A stretch of 61,805 nucleotides of DNA from Candidatus Limnocylindria bacterium (lineage in GTDB: Bacteria; Chloroflexota; Limnocylindria; QHBO01). The stretch lies in assembly GCA_036004845.1 (NCBI GenBank), contig DASYRA010000003.1, positions 1 to 61,805 on the forward strand. The letters are read 5' to 3'. Positions 58,410-61,805 of this stretch are shown here, in pieces. The notes beneath the pieces were generated by a model. That model did not search any database, was not told the DNA's origin, and saw only the letters and a list, made by a program, of their open reading frames with translations. A program made the position numbers and the translations under genes. The stretch's first letter is position 1. Every line of letters begins with the position of its first letter.

Positions 58410-59447
58410 CTACGCGGGTCGTCCACCATCCGGGCGTTTGGGGGCGGTCCACCGAGGCTCGGCCCCAGGGTCGAGCTTGGCGACGTCGGGTGAGGAGCTG
58501 GAGTCCTCAGCCTCGCGAGGCCTGCCGCTGACCATCGCCACCACCGCACCGATGATCAGCGCCGTCGCGAGCAGGGACCGCGGCGAGAGGGTCTCACCCC
58601 GGAAGGCGACGCCAAGAGCCACCGCCACGACCGGATTCACGTACGCGTACGTGGCAACGGTCGTCACCGCGACATGGTTCAACAGCCAGACGTACGCGGT
58701 GAAGGCCGCCAACGACCCGAAGATGACCAGGAAGGCGAATCCCAGCAGAGATGCGGTCGTCACCGAGCCAGGGTCGAAGCGGCCAATCTCGCCGATCGAG
58801 GCACCCACGGCCACCAGCACCAGGCCGCCGGCCAGCTGCTCCATCCCGGTCCCGAGCAGGTGGCTGCGTGGCAGAGGTCCGCGGCGTGCGTAGAGCGAGC
58901 CTGACGCCCAGCACACCTCGGCGAGCACGAGGATGCCGATGCCGAGCGGATCGAAGGCGTCGACGCCGGTCGACGGCATCAACAGGATCCCGACGCCGGC
59001 CAGGCCGACCAACAGCCCGCCGATTGCCAGCCGGCTCGGCATGCGTCGCGTCAGCAGGGCGTCGAAGAGGCTCAGCCAGAGGGGCGTCATGGCGATCATG
59101 ACGGCGGCGATACTGGACGGGATCGTCTGCTCGGCGATCATGACCATCCCATTCCCGCCGAGCAGCAGGAGCGCGCCGATGATGAAGGCGGTGCGCCATT
59201 GGATCGCGGACGGCCACGGCAGGCCTTCGGTAGCCATGCCGCGCCGTCGTCGCCACCGCTCGCGCGCGACGAGGAACGTGGTCAGCATCGCCCCGGCCAG
59301 CAGGAAGCGGGCGCCCGCCGCGAGCAGCGGCGGCATGCTCTCGACCACGTAGGCAATCGCCAGGTAGGTCGAGCCCCAGACGACATACACCGTTCCGAGA
59401 GCGACGGCCACCGCAAGGGTCGAGGGACGTCGGCCTGCCGGGGTCAT
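58410..59447 (-). CDS. EamA/DMT-family transporter
   Basis: Start at MTPAGRRPSTLAVAVALGTVYVVWGSTYLAI (ATG 59445-59447). About 10 TM helices. The track ORF is extended to 59756. Confidence 0.85.
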   Translation of the reverse strand: MTPAGRRPSTLAVAVALGTVYVVWGSTYLAIAYVVESMPPLLAAGARFLLAGAMLTTFLVARERWRRRRGMATEGLPWPSAIQWRTAFIIGALLLLGGNGMVMIAEQTIPSSIAAVMIAMTPLWLSLFDALLTRRMPSRLAIGGLLVGLAGVGILLMPSTGVDAFDPLGIGILVLAEVCWASGSLYARRGPLPRSHLLGTGMEQLAGGLVLVAVGASIGEIGRFDPGSVTTASLLGFAFLVIFGSLAAFTAYVWLLNHVAVTTVATYAYVNPVVAVALGVAFRGETLSPRSLLATALIIGAVVAMVSGRPREAEDSSSSPDVAKLDPGAEPRWTAPKRPDGGRPA

Positions 59448-59555
59448 CGGTGCATTGTGAAGTAACCGGCCATCAGGCGTTGAATGGTGTCGGGCCGGCA
59501 TTCGTGAGGTCGAGGTCGAAAAGCGGGACCCGCCGTTCGTCGTCATCATGAGAGG

Positions 59556-59572
59556 GTCACGCCTGCCGTGAC
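59556..59572. promoter_or_regulatory. inverted repeat GTCACG-N5-CGTGAC just upstream of the YCII ribosome-binding site
   Basis: Read directly. GGAGG at 59582-59586 and ATG at 59594. Confidence 0.3.
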
Positions 59573-59593
59573 CGATGCACCGGAGGTGGCGCG

Positions 59594-59947
59594 ATGAAGT
59601 ACATGCTCCTGATCGGCGGTGCCGAGGACGGCTGGGACCATCTGGATGAGGCCGGCCAGCGTGCGCTGTACGCCCGCATCGAGACCTGGTGGGACGAGCG
59701 GAAGGCCGCGGGCGAGCTCCTGGAAGGTGCTCAGCTCCAGCCGTCGACCACGGCAACGACGGTTCGACGCGGCATCGACGGCGACGTGACGGTCACTGAC
59801 GGCCCGTTCGTCGAGGGCAAGGAGATGATCGGCGGCTACGGAGTCATCGACGTGCCCGATCTGGATGCCGCGATCAGCCTCGCCTCCTCGTGGCCCGCGC
59901 CCGACACGCTCGAGATTCGGCCGCTCGTCACGGGGGAGATGGGGTAG
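59594..59947 (+). CDS. YCII-related (DGPF) domain protein
   Basis: MKYMLLIGG..., [33 protein letters not shown]. Confidence 0.85.
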   Translation: MKYMLLIGGAEDGWDHLDEAGQRALYARIETWWDERKAAGELLEGAQLQPSTTATTVRRGIDGDVTVTDGPFVEGKEMIGGYGVIDVPDLDAAISLASSWPAPDTLEIRPLVTGEMG

Positions 59948-59955
59948 CGGCTGGC

Positions 59956-61200
59956 TTGACTCCGCGCCGGACGGTCGACAGCTCGCTCGAGCGAGTCCTA
60001 CGCGAGGAGCGGACCCGTCTGATCGCGTCGCTGGTCCGCATCCTGGGGGACTGGGACCTGGCCGAGGAGCTGGTCCAGGAGGCGGCCGTGGCGGCGCTCG
60101 AGCACTGGCCAACCGATGGCCTGCCACGAAATCCCGGCGCCTGGCTGATGACGACGGCGCGGCGTCGCGCCATCGACCGGCTGCGGCGCGACGCGAGATT
60201 CCGGCAGCGGCTGGAGCAGCTTGGAGAGGAGGCTGACGAGATGGAGCGACCGATCGCGACCGGCGGGCCACTCGCGGCAGACGATCGGCTGCGCCTCCTC
60301 TTCACCTGCTGCCACCCCGCCCTGTCCCGCGAGGCGCAGGTGGCGCTCACCCTGCGAACCATTGGCGGCCTCGACTCGGCGCAGGTGGCGCGTGCCTTCC
60401 TCGTCCCCGAGGCGACCGTCGCCCAGCGGCTCGTGCGAGCCAAGCGCAAGATCCGGGATGCGGGCATCCCCTTCCGGGTTCCCGACGAGGGGGAGCTGCC
60501 ACAACGCCTGGAGCAGGTGCTCGCCGTCCTGTACCTCGTCTTCAACGAGGGGTACCTGGCCTCTGACGGCGAGGTCGCCGATCGTCGCGAGCTGGCGCGT
60601 GACGCGGAGTGGCTCACGTCGCTGCTCGTTCGCCTCATGCCGGACGAGTCCGAGCCGCTCGGGCTGCTGGCCCTGATGCGCCTGCACCTGGCCCGGGTCG
60701 AGGCACGTTTCGCCGCGGATGGATCCCTGGTCCTCCTCCCCGACCAGGATCGCGGGCAATGGGACTCGCCGGCGATCGCCGAAGCTGCCGCGCTCGTCGA
60801 GCGGGCCCTCCGGATGGGCCGTCCGGGTCCCTATCTGCTGCAGGCCGCGATCGTGGCGGTGCACGCCACCGCGACGTCGTACGCGGCCACGGACTGGACG
60901 GAGATCGTGGCTCTGTACGACCGTCTGCTGCAGCTGCAGCCGACGCCGGTCGTGGCGCTGAACCGCGCCCTTGCGCTTGCCGAGCTGGACGGCCCTGCGG
61001 CCGCTCTTGACGAGATCGACCCGCTGGCCGCGCGGCTGGAGGGCTATCACCTCTTCCACGCGGCGCGCGGCGAGCTCCTGCGCAGGCTTGGACGCCTCGA
61101 CGAAGCCCGCGAGGCGGATCATCGCGCCCTCTCCCTCACTGACAATCCCGCCGAGCGACGCCTCCTCGCGACGCGGCTCGAGCTGCCGCGGGGCGGATGA
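59956..61200 (+). CDS. ECF-type RNA polymerase sigma factor with a long C-terminal TPR-like extension (COG4941-type)
   Basis: [62 protein letters not shown]. Region 4: [25 protein letters not shown]. Start is tentatively the TTG at 59956 (the track ATG at 59890 would overlap YCII by 58 nt). Confidence 0.85.
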   Translation: MTPRRTVDSSLERVLREERTRLIASLVRILGDWDLAEELVQEAAVAALEHWPTDGLPRNPGAWLMTTARRRAIDRLRRDARFRQRLEQLGEEADEMERPIATGGPLAADDRLRLLFTCCHPALSREAQVALTLRTIGGLDSAQVARAFLVPEATVAQRLVRAKRKIRDAGIPFRVPDEGELPQRLEQVLAVLYLVFNEGYLASDGEVADRRELARDAEWLTSLLVRLMPDESEPLGLLALMRLHLARVEARFAADGSLVLLPDQDRGQWDSPAIAEAAALVERALRMGRPGPYLLQAAIVAVHATATSYAATDWTEIVALYDRLLQLQPTPVVALNRALALAELDGPAAALDEIDPLAARLEGYHLFHAARGELLRRLGRLDEAREADHRALSLTDNPAERRLLATRLELPRGG

Positions 61201-61287
61201 TGGCTCCGTAACAATTGGGCCGGCGGCGGCGTCGGAGAGGTGGCCGGACGCATCCAGCGCCCAAGCCCAATGAATGGAGCCTCGCAC

Positions 61288-61805
61288 ATGACCCGCCAGC
61301 CACTCTCGCGCCTCACGCTCGGCGCGCTCGGCCTGATCGCAAGCATCGTCCTCGCCGGCTGCACCGCCGGCAGCCCGTCGGCTGAGCCCAACGGTTCCTC
61401 CGCCCCGAGCAGCGTCAAGCCTTCAGTGGCGGCCTCGGGGAACGCCAGCGTCGAGCCGTCGGCCGGCGAGTCTGCAACGGAGCCGACCGAGAGCCTCCCG
61501 CCATTTGCCTGCACCCCGTCCGTCAGCATCACCTCGACCACCGATCGGGCGCAGATCACGGACGTCAGGGTCGGGACGCACGACGGGTACGACCGCGTCG
61601 TCTTCGAGTTCGCCGCCGGACTCCCGGATGCCGTCATCGAAGGGGCCCTGCGACCCTTCTACGCCGATCCCAGCGGCCTGGAGATCGACGTGGCGGGGAC
61701 CGCCTTCCTGAAGGTCACCATGCATGGCGCGAGCAAGGTCTCGCCCGACGGCGGCGTGACCTACAGCGGGGCGACCGACTTCGAGCCGGGGTTCGACCAG
61801 CTCGT
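61288..61805 (+). CDS. lipoprotein of unknown function, 5' part (runs off the window end)
   Basis: Not in the track because there is no stop. ATG at 61288 with GGAG 8 nt upstream. MTRQPLSRLTLGALGLIASIVLAGCTAGS (lipobox), a Ser/Pro/Ala linker, then DVRVGTHDGYDRVVFEF. Confidence 0.6.
   Translation, partial: MTRQPLSRLTLGALGLIASIVLAGCTAGSPSAEPNGSSAPSSVKPSVAASGNASVEPSAGESATEPTESLPPFACTPSVSITSTTDRAQITDVRVGTHDGYDRVVFEFAAGLPDAVIEGALRPFYADPSGLEIDVAGTAFLKVTMHGASKVSPDGGVTYSGATDFEPGFDQL

Noticed and set aside
59448-59555. ECF-type autoregulated promoter (GGAAC-N16-CGT-like) upstream of the YCII-sigma pair.
   Set aside because: Only loose matches are present (GGGAC..CGTC), with unconvincing spacing. I cannot support it from sequence alone.
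58410-59756. Long N-terminal extensions in the ORF track, which could be read as novel fused domains: 58410..59756, 52843..54162, 53858..54892, 45782..47161, 47807..49237, 26072..26770, 50479..51345, 51258..52304 and 14387..17446.
   Set aside because: The extra residues are low-complexity Arg/Pro/Ser strings. Internal ATG/GTG/TTG codons reproduce the normal N-termini of the families and often coincide with 1-8-nt overlaps to the upstream stop.
59890-59955. The ATG at 59890 as the sigma-factor start (as in the ORF track).
   Set aside because: It would overlap the YCII gene by 58 nt and add an Arg/Ala-rich extension. The TTG at 59956, just after the YCII stop, gives a typical sigma N-terminus. 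This remains uncertain.

Overview
This is a 61.8-kb, visibly high-G+C (not computed), very gene-dense stretch of bacterial chromosome. I call about 63 protein genes and one tRNA-Glu. I see no rRNA, CRISPR array, transposase, integrase, phage gene or recognisable defence gene. Several traits suggest Actinomycetota or a related high-GC lineage (inference only): F420-type luciferase-like oxidoreductases, a CGNR zinc-finger regulator, DUF2277, a YCII + TPR-tailed ECF sigma pair, frequent GTG/TTG starts and many 1-10-nt start/stop overlaps.

Gene blocks in window order:
- 1-4103: partial GT1 glycosyltransferase + TetR, cupin, tRNA-Glu(CUC), alpha/beta-hydrolase + DUF1015.
- 4218-17446: a 13-kb, eight-gene plus-strand operon. 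An ABC-2 exporter module (810-aa accessory protein, ATPase, permease) runs straight into a coiled-coil repeat protein and a MoxR-DUF58-VWA-VWA (Bat-like) module.
- 17443-20558: acyl-CoA synthetase + acyl-CoA dehydrogenase.
- 20681-26075: potA-type polyamine ABC importer + class-III aminotransferase.
- 26072-27875: flavin reductase, two small unknown proteins and a lipoprotein.
- 27872-33636: a five-gene minus-strand operon encoding a degenerate secretion-ATPase-like P-loop protein, a BchI/ChlI-like AAA+, DUF1232, a helical + VWA protein and an F420-type LLM oxidoreductase.
- 33826-38035: orphan protein, GNAT, histidine kinase / OmpR-type regulator and a secreted Gly/His-rich protein.
- 38281-47783: F420 G6PD-family oxidoreductase, thiolase, FAD oxidoreductase + a second polyamine-type binding protein/permease set with no ATPase, DUF2277, HAD, 3-hydroxyacyl-CoA dehydrogenase and crotonase.
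- 47807-50474: MFS transporter, CGNR regulator, small protein + SnoaL.
- 50479-59447: two crotonases (one with a zinc ribbon), EthD, 7Fe ferredoxin, adenosine deaminase, DapA-like enzyme, a four-subunit 2-oxoacid:ferredoxin oxidoreductase (beta subunit carries a 222-aa repeat tail) and an EamA transporter.
- 59594-61805: YCII, ECF sigma and a partial lipoprotein.

The best candidates for an undescribed system are the two unrelated AAA+/VWA operons (27872-33636 and 4218-17446). All family names come from motif recognition by eye and need confirmation by profile searches.
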